From positions 16,306,001 to 16,370,000 of the forward strand of contig CM120641.1 in assembly GCA_051362555.1 (NCBI GenBank): a stretch of DNA of 64,000 bases, given 5' to 3'. This DNA comes from Lingula anatina (lineage: Eukaryota; Animalia; Brachiopoda). Position numbers and translations under genes: made by a program. Below the pieces are notes generated by a model. It saw only the letters and a program-made list of their open reading frames with translations. It searched no databases and had not been told where the DNA came from. Shown here one piece after another: positions 11,401-26,264 of this stretch (the stretch's first letter is position 1; each line of letters starts with the position of its first letter).

Positions 11401-14400
11401 AATAATTATTCAGTCCATAGTAAAAACCATGAAACCATGTAATACTTAGATAATTTATTTGTGCTATAACTTTCCTGAATATATAGCTGCAATTTTTCAG
11501 CCAATGGATCACTGTAGGTATGGAAAACTTTTTGTAACGGTTTAAGAAATAAAAATTAAAGAAAGCAAACATTTTACAAATTAACACAGTTTTTTGTTCC
11601 TTTTTACAAAATAGTACTTATGAATTATTTTACTTGAATAGAACCACCACATTATGTCATCACTTTGAAAATTCTTTAAAAAGCAGAAAAACCAAATTAT
11701 TTGCTGTAAATACAACTAGCAATTTATTTCATCCCACTGAAATACTTTACAAAATTGCATCATAGTTTTTTTTTTCATTACAGTTAAATATTATTAAAAA
11801 CAGCATAAACACATAAGTACTTTTTGTAAAGAATATAGCACCACCAAATTATTTCATTTTAGTTAAAACATTTTTTAAAATTGCACTTCAAAATTATGAT
11901 TGCAGCTAAAACCATCTCATACAGGGGTACTTTCTATAAACTAGTTGACACATACTTCCTATAGTGTTTTTCATTAAAAAAAGTTATCCTGGGCAAAATA
12001 CATGTAGAAAAATACCCAGCGTCAGAATGAATCAATCCCACAAACAGTTCTTTGAATGTAAACACAACAAAATAGCAGAATGGGCGATTTGTAATGAACA
12101 TCTGGCCTTCTAACTTAGTATAGTATTCGCGGGTTTTCTTTAGGCCCAGATTCGTGCACGAGATACACATTCCAAAAAGGGGAAATCGGGTCCGGGTCCA
12201 ACTGTCATGTGTCTGCAATGGTTTTGGACACAACAATGATTCATACAGTTTGTTTATATACTTCTTCTCTGTAGCTGCAATTATCTCTCCAAACCTGGAA
12301 GCAGTGATCTGCCATTGTCTCTCCTTGTGTCAGATTGCGCTCTTTCCTTGTTATAACTTGCTATGCTCAGTGTCCTTCGCTGTTTGTTCCTCAACCTGAA
12401 ATATTCATATCCCATTAAAGCATGGTAGATGGTTACAGCATTAAATAGTTAACATACAGTATTATATTTCTATGATGTCACACATCACCTAGTTAGATAA
12501 TTCTTTCTCATATTTGGGCCTGATTCTTAATATTAGACCTCTGTTTTCACTTACATCATTCCCTCTATCCATGCATTATTGTTTTCATGGCACTTGGCAA
12601 TAGTTGTTGTCCATCACAGCCGCCTGTAAGTCAGCTTTAGGGCAGGCATAACTGGTGGCTACATCATTCTTTGCCGCTGATGTGAAGTGACGGGTAAGAT
12701 TCCTGAAGTAATCATTTTATCCTGCTCTTGAAGTTGGCTGTCCTGGGGGTCCTGAAATCGACAGTTTCAGGCTTTGCCCCCAATATATGGACCTTCTTTG
12801 GGTAACCTTACAAAGAAAATAAATAAGTACATTTACAAAGTATAAAAAATCTTCGTCTTTCGTGCTACTAAAACAAAATATGAGCGTAGGCCTACTCGTA
12901 CCTACAGTAGTCTACATGTACATAACATGTCAGATTTGACACACACACCTCGACTAATGTTCGATTTTTTTTCAAGGAAAATAGTTAGCATTCGTGTTTT
13001 TCAAGCACTAAATGAAAAGAAAACACATACCTTTCAGTCAATTCACATTTTCATCCAGATGTTATGGCACCACATTCAAGTAAATTGCGTTTGAGTTGGT
13101 TCACTGTCAGCGACGCATGCACACGCTCCATGTTAAACTTTGGTGTAAAGCCGTGAGCGAGATTCTGCGAGATTTAAGAAGGACTGCTTTCACCCCCACG
13201 CCATCTAGCGGCAGACCCTTAAAGCGGGTATTCCCCATTAGTTTATTAAAAGAAAAAGGCGAAAAATCATTTTCCTCCTAGGAATACTGACATTCTATAC
13301 AAAATCCAGCAACTAACAAACACATAAAAAAGCAGTAGTTCTAAAGAGGAGGGAAATTCTCATTCCTATTCTTATGAAGAGGTCAACTTGAAAAGTTTTA
13401 AGTATTATTCACTCCAATAATATACCTATCAGGAACCTGTGGAGCACCAAAAGAAATGCTTTACACTAAAAATTCTGCACAGCATGCAGAAATACACCAA
13501 CATGAGACACACGATTTTAAAATGATATTACCATTCTTTTTAGGCCCCCTCCATATCACAGCATCCTCAGGACTTCCTAGTAGAAAGCCCACTGACATCA
13601 CTCCAAGATTATCTTCCACATACTGGAAAATGAACTTTTACTCAAACAAAATGAACTTTTACTCATTATATGCAACATATTCTGCATACTGCTTGAAAGA
13701 GAACAGACCCAACAAATATTACACACTCACCTATAGCTATAACTAGTTATACCAATAATGGTATGTACACTAAGTCTCTGGTATGTGCTACATGATATTT
13801 TCAGTTGTTTTCTTTCCTTCTCTCAAATTTTTCTAGGCAAAAATCAGTGTTAGTGTCTTTTGACTGTCCATGGCATTGCAATGCAGACTGTGTTTCAGTA
13901 GTGTGACTGACCACTCTATTTGTACCCCAAAAAGCTGACAACTGGTTCACTGACTAACCACAGTCAGCATGTGACGAGACTGAGTTGGACAACTAATCAC
14001 TTGTAATGACATCAATGTTTAGCTTGATTAAAAGTAATCACTAACGGTGCAGGGCATGTTACTTTTGTGAAAAAAAGTACCAATAGGTGCTTTTATTTAA
14101 CAATTTTATTCATAATATAGATAACTTACCACAGGAGACCATCCTGAGCCACTTTGGTGAACCTTGAGTACAAGAAAAGATATTCTGATGAATACTTTTA
14201 TCAGACAAAAATTGGTACCGAGTTACTGCTTTTAAAACCTAATTTCAAACCACATATCATGTTTAGCCACACAAACTTCAAGAGACAAATACTTGAGTAC
14301 AAAAGATCAGACGACTTATAACTATACTTACTTGTTCCCCATCTAGACCCATCAGTCTGGGTATTGAGGGCCCACAGATATCTACATCTAACACAGCTAC

Positions 14401-17400
14401 CTAAAATACAATGTTAATTCATCTTATAACTCATGGTACATATTAGTGTGCAACTTGCAACTTCAACAATTTCAATGCCAAATTCAGATGATCTTTATCA
14501 AACGTTAGTCCCCATGTTATTTGTTTACAGTCACCTTATAACATGATTGGTGTAACATGCATGCTTTCCATTATACAAAGGAAAGTACACGCAATCCCTT
14601 CAAGCAGTACAACAAATCTAGTTGGAGTACGCCAGTTTATTTAATAGCAATATTATTGCACAAGAAAAAAGGTGTCAAATACAACTTTCCTCTTACACTA
14701 TTTGTGTTTTGACTTCCAATCAGGCTTGATCTCATTCATTCTAAAAGACCAATCAAAAGTGCTGTTTCTTTTATGTGCAAATGTTCTTCCAAGTTGTTTC
14801 CCATCAGGGAGAAAGTTAGGGGAAAAACTCCAGCTATGCTTTTATATTTTTTCAAAAGCATTTTCATTGACAAAGAAAAATTCCAGAGTAGTTAGTATAA
14901 TTAGCAAAAGTGTTTTCTTTTTAATACAAAATTAAAATTCAGATTGAGCTTTATTTGTAACATTCATTCAATCATTGCCCTCTCCCCTAGAGAATATGAC
15001 CCATTCTCTCCGCCCCTCCACTGTAAGGCAGGCCAGTCTGAATGGTAACTAACCACAACAAAAGGGCTGTATCGTACCTTGGTAACCTGACGCTTAGTTT
15101 TATGTTGATACTTCTTGCTAGTACAGCACCAACTGCTGCAAAAGACAGCTGAAGATAGGAAGAATCGGGTACTTATAAGTGACCAAAAGGTAAATATTAC
15201 TTTTAAAAATGATTCAGAAGACTGTCATAAAAAATTGTGTTTTGTTAAAGAGAATCTTGTCAATAATTTTCATTGAAACAATTTGGAAACTTAGTAGAGT
15301 CCTGACTGAGTGACGATCTACCACAGTGACTGTACATACAACCCTGAACTGCTTGTAGATATTAGCAGCCAATTAATTTTGAAACTAACTAGTCAGTACT
15401 ACAGCATGTTACATTGTATACACACAGCTTAATATCATAGATAAATTGGCCATTTACTAGTAAATGTAAACCCAAGTCGTTTATGGTCATTCTTATCTAA
15501 GTAGCCTCACCCTCTTACGGTAGACATTACCTTTAGTAAATTAGCTATGCTCTACACAGCTGGGGAGCTTTATTGGCCTTATCTTTTAAATTGCTGTTTG
15601 GATGTGCCACCATGGCAACTTGTTTTATAAGCAGACCATGAAGGTTATTAACATCTCCACATAATCCGAAATTATTCAACTTGCAATTAATGGTTATGAG
15701 ATTCCTGTAGGCTTCCTTACTGGTATGGCAAGATAAAAGTCTATTATTAAGAAAGATCCAATCTGTGCTAGTTAACATGTCTCCATCCAATATTATAGTC
15801 TTTTCATTTAGATATGTACCGGTAGGCTAAACCCAAAGAAAAAACAAGGACAGGGTAGGGATAGTATATACAACCATGTCACTTATTTACAGATTCCCCT
15901 GGCAAATATAAAAGAAACAGATAACCTTATTCTGATGGATACTCCATTCAATAAAATAAAAAATCAATATCAGTTTTCAATATCAGCTTCATAGATTTGC
16001 AGACAGAGTGAAATCAGCTTGCAGTACAATGTACATATTACATAACATGACTCACTGTTACTAAGTGGAAGGTAAAATACAGTTCAGTTATGTGAAGCAG
16101 AAATATTTCTATAGCCCATAACCTCTCTTTGTTTTATTCTTTATATATACAGACCTCAAGCCCCGGGTTCTTATTTCTCAAACAGAGGAAATGTACATTT
16201 ATACAATATAATAAAATAGAAAAATAACTAAAACTGATATTGGGCCACCCAGATCTGTGACTTATATCAACATCTTCAGTTTTGTTTCAAAACACATTCT
16301 TAGCTTGAACAGAAAAAGCTTTGTAAAAAAATATAGAGAAGGTATAACGTTTTAGAAGTTTATTACTTGGTACCATTACTTTTAGTTCCACTCATCCATC
16401 ACACGTTTATATCATTAAGAGGTCAATATTATGTCCCAAGAAATACAGATTTGGGGGTCAATATGAGTTAATCCATTTAAAAGTCCAATGCATTCAGCAC
16501 TCTCGCTTCAAAGGTCAAACAGTATAAAATACCTCACAGTCATGTGACCTTTTTCTCGCATCAAAAAGCAGTCCCCTTTAATATAAACAAACCAAGCTTT
16601 CTCCGTGTGGGCCTTTTACAAATACTGGCTGCTGCAATGAATCCTGGGTAATTTACTGTCTCCATGGCTGCAGCCATGTTGTATACCCAGCTAAGAAGCC
16701 ACACCGCTCAATGAATGAAGCTCACACTTAGCACACACTACGTTAAGTTGAAGAATTACATTAACTAGAAACCTCTACAGGTAAGTTTAAATAATATTGA
16801 TTTAAATTAATAAGGCAAAGGCAATATGATAAAAAAACTTTTGTTGTTTTTCAGCTACCTTAAAAAATGTGTGATGTTTAATTAGAATATCTGACATGTA
16901 ATATTTTGCTGCAAGGTAGGTTATAATTATTAAATTCACAACTCCCAAAATATTTAAACCACTTATATTGCTTTCAAACCACTAAAACATGATACAATTA
17001 AAACATTAAGTATTTTTCGTTTAAAAGTAGATAAACCTGTGAAGACAAAAATCCATCTCAACACGACTTTTAGTGAAAAAAGTCAAAATAACAACCAAAT
17101 TATGGATCTAAGATTTAAGACTCTTTAACTATCAAATCACCTATATTTTACATTTCCAACCTATAACATCTTATAAGTAGTCCAAAATATACATAGTTAG
17201 ATCATAAATAATTCCTAATTATTGATTTTCTGGACATCAATTAAGTTTTAACCCACTTTCCGTATTAGGATTTAAGTCAATCAAGGTATTAATGTGTCTA
17301 CCAACCATTCAGACTCTATTAACACCAGAGTTGCTGCATAACAGAGCCCTTTTTGGTGATCATTATTTCAAGTTACTGTACTTAATCATTTCTGCATGCC

Positions 17401-19870
17401 ATTTACATGCCCGAGTGTTCTTTATCAAATGCCACCAGAACTAATAGCTACGGACATCAAAAGATTTTACAGCAAGTAAGATGTTAAGAGTAATTTAAAG
17501 CTCAGAAAACTTACACACCTTTATGTGGGTAAAAGTTGATAAAATATCTTAATACACAACACGATGCCTAATAAAACACACACACAGCCATAAGGTTGCA
17601 TAATAATATCTTCAATATGTTGGTGAGACAAATTGCGTAATTTGATATTCACCCTGGGAGAGCAGCACATTTTAGAAAACATGTCTGCATATTTTGTGTA
17701 ATGTTATTTATAGGGTCACGACTAAAAGTTATAACTTAAACTATTAGAGAAAGTTTTTTGTGACCTCGTAGTCAGCACAAATTGTTCCAAACTGAATGCA
17801 GTTATGTGCCTACAAACCACTAAGTTCAGTTTGATAGTGTGACAGGACTTTTCTTATTTAAAAAGAATTTAATAATTGGCACTGGTTCTCAAACAGGTTT
17901 TAATAGAAAAAGTGTATAAGAAAATCATTTTATCTTGCTGCCAAGACCGTCTTCTGTCCTGGATATACTGAGGTTGATTCATAAATCAGTTTTATAGTGC
18001 AGAATTTTAGTATTTCATTTTTTCCTTTTGACTGCTTAGAAGACAGTGTATCCAAGTTCAATACAAGTTTACAATAGAAAAGTTTTTAATGTTGTTTTGG
18101 CATAAGTCTAGAGCTACAAATATAGCAAAGACAAAAAATCCATACAGATTACAACAAGTGAGTTTATTCAATTTTACACCCTTTCTGACCTTACCTGTTT
18201 GGTGTCATCATTTGCAATTCCATGAGCTAGATGAGCTGTAAATGTGCTCTTCCCTACTCCACCTTTGCCAGATAACACTACGATCTTATGTTTGACAGAG
18301 GTCATCCTTTGTCTTATTTCTTCAATTGCTGGAAATGATGACAAAGTTTAGAAAATTTATGTAATAAGCACTGACATCCGAGACACTGAAAAAGAGAAAT
18401 GTAAATGCAAGAGAAAAATGAGAGATTTCTATGTTGCTAAGCTACAAATCTATTTTTATGACTTTGCATCATGTTCTAGAAATCATATAATCATCCTGTT
18501 GTAATATGGAGTAATACTGCATTCTAACCAATAATCTGTGAAACTTTCTAACCTCAGACTTCACCAAGGTAAACCCATAAAATTTAAAAAGCCAATGTTG
18601 TTCTCTCCTAACTTTTTTTCTTTTCTCTTAACTTCAGCAACATTACTGGTCCTACCAGCACATATCCTTCTATTAAACCAAATACAGTAATGTATGTTTT
18701 GATCTGAGTTTGTTCTGAGTCAGTATGTTTTGATCTGAGTTTATTTTTTCAACTCCCTCTATACTTACCGGGATCAGGTTCTTTGGCTGCCCCACTGGCA
18801 CATATTATCTGGTTTGGACAGCCTGCACAAGCTGAACTCTTCCCTGCTTCCTCGCTCTGGGTGCCTGGGCATTCTGAGACAGAAATACAGTATTTCTCAG
18901 ATAAAGTTTTTTCTTATTAATATCAAGCATTGCATTATATATTAAATCCAAAATTTTAATTTTGTTTTTATCAAATATACAGTAAATATATTTGCTAAAG
19001 AAACATGTTACAGTAACTTATTTTCCTTTTCAAGGATTCTCCATGCCTGCATCATGAGATGTAAAACAGGCCATTAAATACTACAGGTCAATAGTTCAAC
19101 AATCTGAATCATGTTACTTTAAAGTTAAGTGAGAATAGTTCAACTTCTGAAACAAATGCAATTCATTCTAGTACTAGTACATTAATACCCATTCCTTCAC
19201 TTGAATAAGTTTAATTTTTTTAAATTTCTGTCCTAATTGTCTTTCTAAATCATCCTGCCACTTTCACAAAAATGGTTTGAATAAGTCGTCTCTGAACTCA
19301 CCATCAATTATGTGGTGTTTGAATTAAATAGAAACAACTACAAGCACCAAATATGTAACCTTATCTAAAGTTTTCAATTGCTGGGTTATAAACAGATATG
19401 TAGAAAAAACTCCAACATAAATAAAGAAAAGAATAATTATAAAACTTCATTTCAATCAATAGTTGACTCAATTTCATAACAAACTGATAATCATAATGCA
19501 GAATGGATGTTGATTGAAATGATCCCCTTATTCTTTTGTACTTTTTTATGAAATATATGTTGAATCTAGATTCCAAGTGGCTTGTTTGCGATGAGGACAC
19601 CAGGTACATGGCTCAGTTTTGAAATTTCACTCTTGTTTACCATTCCATAGTTACAATTTCTAGTAGTATGACCATGCGTTTTTGCTTGATCGTAAACTTA
19701 ACAGGTGAGTCTAATGGAAAATAGACATATTTGGCTTGCTTTAACAGCATTGTAATCCCCAGATAATCAAATTATTTTCAGTTCTTTAGTTTTCTAAGAG
19801 AGGTCATCAGAACAGCAAAAATACAATAATTAAACTTACGTTCTGGGGCATTTTGTGGAACGTCCGCCAT
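8404..19870 (-). CDS. NUBP1: Cytosolic Fe-S cluster assembly factor NUBP1 (Nbp35)
   Basis: 11 exons in phase: 19870-19840, 18873-18769, 18328-18195, 14400-14332, 14162-14130, 13622-13532, 10483-10329, 10067-9957, 9717-9615, 9181-9098, 8477-8404 (TGA). N-terminal four-Cys motif CPG...[10 protein letters not shown], deviant Walker [48 protein letters not shown]. Confidence 0.97.
10539..13236. mobile_element. Decayed ISL2EU-like (PIF/Harbinger-related) DNA transposon in NUBP1 intron 6
   Basis: Imperfect TIRs aAT|gaggaataccagcccgctt and aagcgggtattcccc|ATt with an AT target duplication. Plus strand: THAP-like remnant [28 protein letters not shown] from 10650. Minus strand: SAP-like exon [26 protein letters not shown] (13131-13031) and YqaJ-exonuclease-like remnant [15 protein letters not shown] (12395-12207). 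In-frame stops present. Confidence 0.75.
10771..12206. mobile_element. Kolobok-like non-autonomous insert nested in the ISL2EU remnant
   Basis: Begins TTAA|agggacagtt and ends ...gggtccaactgtc (partial inverted match). Interior is AT-rich with a ~330-bp imperfect duplication (11175-11390 vs 11490-11700). The right terminus and TSD are lost. Confidence 0.45.
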
Positions 19871-20319
19871 TCTGTCCTTTTACTGACCTCCCGCGTCGAA
19901 AGAGTAAAATTGTTTTGTTGCAAAGCATTTCGGGAAGGAAAAGTTTGAGCGTGCTGCAAAACAACAGGCTACCGCAAAGAGTAGGCTTTGTAAGGTCCGT
20001 TGTATATAGAGAGAAAGGAAAAAATGCAAAAAATATTTCTCTTTCGAAGCTTAAAGTAATTAACGGCTGTATAAGACTAAAAGAAAATAATTTATTTTTA
20101 ACATGTAGAATCATGTAGAGGTTGTTGAAAACATTGCTTGATTTGACTAGCAAATCTTTGTCAGAGGTAAAGTTGATTATCAATTCCATTTCAATAATTA
20201 GTTTACGTTATTATCATTTAGTTTTCGTTTTTCAAAGTTCAGTTTTATATGTCGTGATTTTTTTCTTTTTTTAACAAATTATATCTGACTCAGAGAAACT
20301 TTCAAACTTTCATTACCTA

Positions 20320-20576
20320 TTTGGTCTTCAATAAGTTTGTAATATGTAATGTGAACAGGAGCCACTCAGTTTAACAGCTTACCAAATAATTAGTTTATTT
20401 TAAGTAATCTTTGATAACTTGAACTGAATAAACCGTATGAGGAGAAAATGTGTTATTTATCTTAAACTTCACTAAGTTGACTCAGAGCACTAAATGTATA
20501 TGACCTTCCACCTTAAGTTAACAGTAATACTCAGTAGTTGACTTATGTTTAACTTTAGGCTGATTGTAGCCCCAAG
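20320..20576. mobile_element. Degenerate MITE-like element in the NUBP1-tektin intergenic region
   Basis: ttggtcttcaataag...actcagtttaac at the left is an imperfect inverted match to gttaacagtaatactcag...ctgattgtagccccaa at the right. Confidence 0.3.
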
Positions 20577-20758
20577 ATACGTATGGTTTTCTCGTTCATT
20601 CCTTCAGCTGAATCATTGTATTTACACATGGATTGTAAAATCAATATTAAATCGAGTTAGTCGCTTGGATATACTGTGATATCTGACAGGTACTTGGATT
20701 AAATTTACGACGGTTGATTCCAATCCGTTTTATAAGGGGTATGGCTAGTTATTGAAAA

Positions 20759-21072
20759 GGGCGTCCATAGCAACGAGGCAAATTCCCAGAATTTAGGAAT
20801 TGTGTCGAAATTAAAACGGGTCCATGTGCTTATGGATTTTTACGTACCGTAACGATTGACCGACAAGAGCGGTGACGTTTACTTTATTGATTTATGGAAT
20901 GGGTTTGTTGCTTAGTTGGTATTGATTAACCTGTCTCCCCTGTCTCCTGTTGTCACGGTGCTGTTTGTTATAAACATTCGGCTACTCTTTTAACTATTCG
21001 TGAAACAACAGTAATTAGCATTAGTTCATAGTAGAGTCTACCCCGAACGATAGGAATATTAGCAGCTAATAG
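20759..21072 (+). promoter_or_regulatory. Tektin promoter with RFX X-box-like motif and non-coding first exon
   Basis: gcgtccatagcaac at 20761-20774 fits the RFX X-box. Donor TAATAG|gtgagt at 21072 and acceptor tatctttcag| at 21640 lie just before the ATG at 21654. Confidence 0.6.
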
Positions 21073-21653
21073 GTGAGTTATGAATATAAGGTGTATGTAC
21101 TGTATGATCATTATAAGAATTATAAACCACAGCGTTAGCTACTGGAAACCGGTAGCTCATGTAGACCTATACTATAGATAACAGGGAAACATACACAAGA
21201 CAGTGCCTTTATATTCACAAAATCTAAAGAAATGTGTACTTTATTAATGGGATTTTTTTTCGATAGTCTGTTGATTTATCATAGTAATCACTAATGAATT
21301 AAGGTAAATGTACTTCTTGATTTATCCGAACAAATCCAAAATTCCTACTGTTTTTGCCGAGTTTGCTAGAACTTGGTACTTGTAGGCTATCATGTTGTTG
21401 TTATAAGTGTTAACGTCATCACAATAGTTTGTTTGAGGTAAGAAATACCCCGTGTAAAACGAAAGATGACTAGTCTCTGTCATGTTCGTTGACGTACGGT
21501 ACCTGACACTTGACGTAGAAGAACGCCTTGACTTGCTTCGGGTATCTTAAAACAACGAGAGAGTGACTAAATCCGGATATTAAATGTAAATCTTAGACTT
21601 GCAGCAGTCTTGTATATTAGTTGTTTATATTATCTTTCAGATTCACCTACACC

Positions 21654-24944
<3,291 letters not shown>

Positions 24945-26264
24945 AACTGGACTTAGGACAATATATTAAACATTTTCCAAGGACAACTCTTATAGAATTT
25001 CGGACAGCAACTCAATTCAGTATTATAGGAATATATTTAAAGTGACTTAATCTGCTTAAAACGCAATATTACGAGAAACAGTTGCGTTGCAATATGAACT
25101 GAAGCAAGAAATAAGCCGAAAACTTGTGAGAAACACTCTAATCCAAATTTTGACCAGTGATTTTGGCACCAATGTTTAGGCACCAAGACTTGTAGTGATA
25201 GTTTTGATTTAGTTTGAAAAACGAAACAAGTATCTTTGTTTGCATAATATTAGCATCAGTGAAATTCCAACATTTTGAGTGAAGTGTTCTCTGGACAAGT
25301 ACGTGCTGTTTTATGGAAGGGGTGTAAATAACAGATCTTGTATATATTTTAATGAACAAGGCCAAAAATGCCAAATTTCCGTCCAGTGGTTAATCTGCTG
25401 AATATAATTTTAAAATTGTAAGCCACCCATCAGTACACACAATCTCACAAAGACTTTGCTCAACAAAATTATCTTTATCAATATCAAAATTATTGTGATC
25501 TTGCTTGTAGTAGTACTGTTTCAGTATTCTATTTTGCTTACAACGTTTATTCTATTAATTACTGCTACATTCCATATGTGTTGTACATTATACGCTACAG
25601 CTTTTGTTGTTAACATTCACATATCTCTCAAGCAAAGCATAGGAAAACTAATCTGACAATCAAAACTAGAAAAAAACTAAGTGCTCCACTTTTACAGCAG
25701 TTATTTTAGAGGGCAGCACGAAAATTCCCTACATTTCGTAAGATCTCATTGTTGTAAAAAAGCTCGCCAAATCTCATCTGTAACTCAAGTGACCGGGTGT
25801 TTGCTCAATTTTATTATTCCATGTCACCGAGTGATGATATTTGTACAGGTGTGACTTATTTATCACAATAAAGTTTGGAAACACACGTCGTCTTTTATTA
25901 TGTTTTATTCACTACAATAAATTTAAAAATGGAACGTTCGAGAATGTTAACAAAGACCTTCATCTAATATTTAATCTGGTGTAAACATCGATAAGTCTAA
26001 TGATTGCTGATCATATACCATATAATCATTCCACACACATGTCGAAGAAGAAATGGAGCGAATCATCCTTTTTTATCTTGGTTATGTCTTACTATCTTAC
26101 AAATCGGTATCATTTGTTTGAAAAGGCATTCTTTAAAATATACACCATTACGTTTTAACTATAGCTGTTATTGTTTACGTATACAACTGTAAACAACGCT
26201 TCTCACTGGCGATTCTTTGTATTTTTCTTTTTTCATTTTAATGTGCTTTTCGTTTTCGGCTAGC

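Noticed and set aside
13625-13665. Short direct repeats near splice sites (aaaatgaacttttactca x2; also 18692-18742)
   Set aside because: Ordinary slippage duplications with no evident function.
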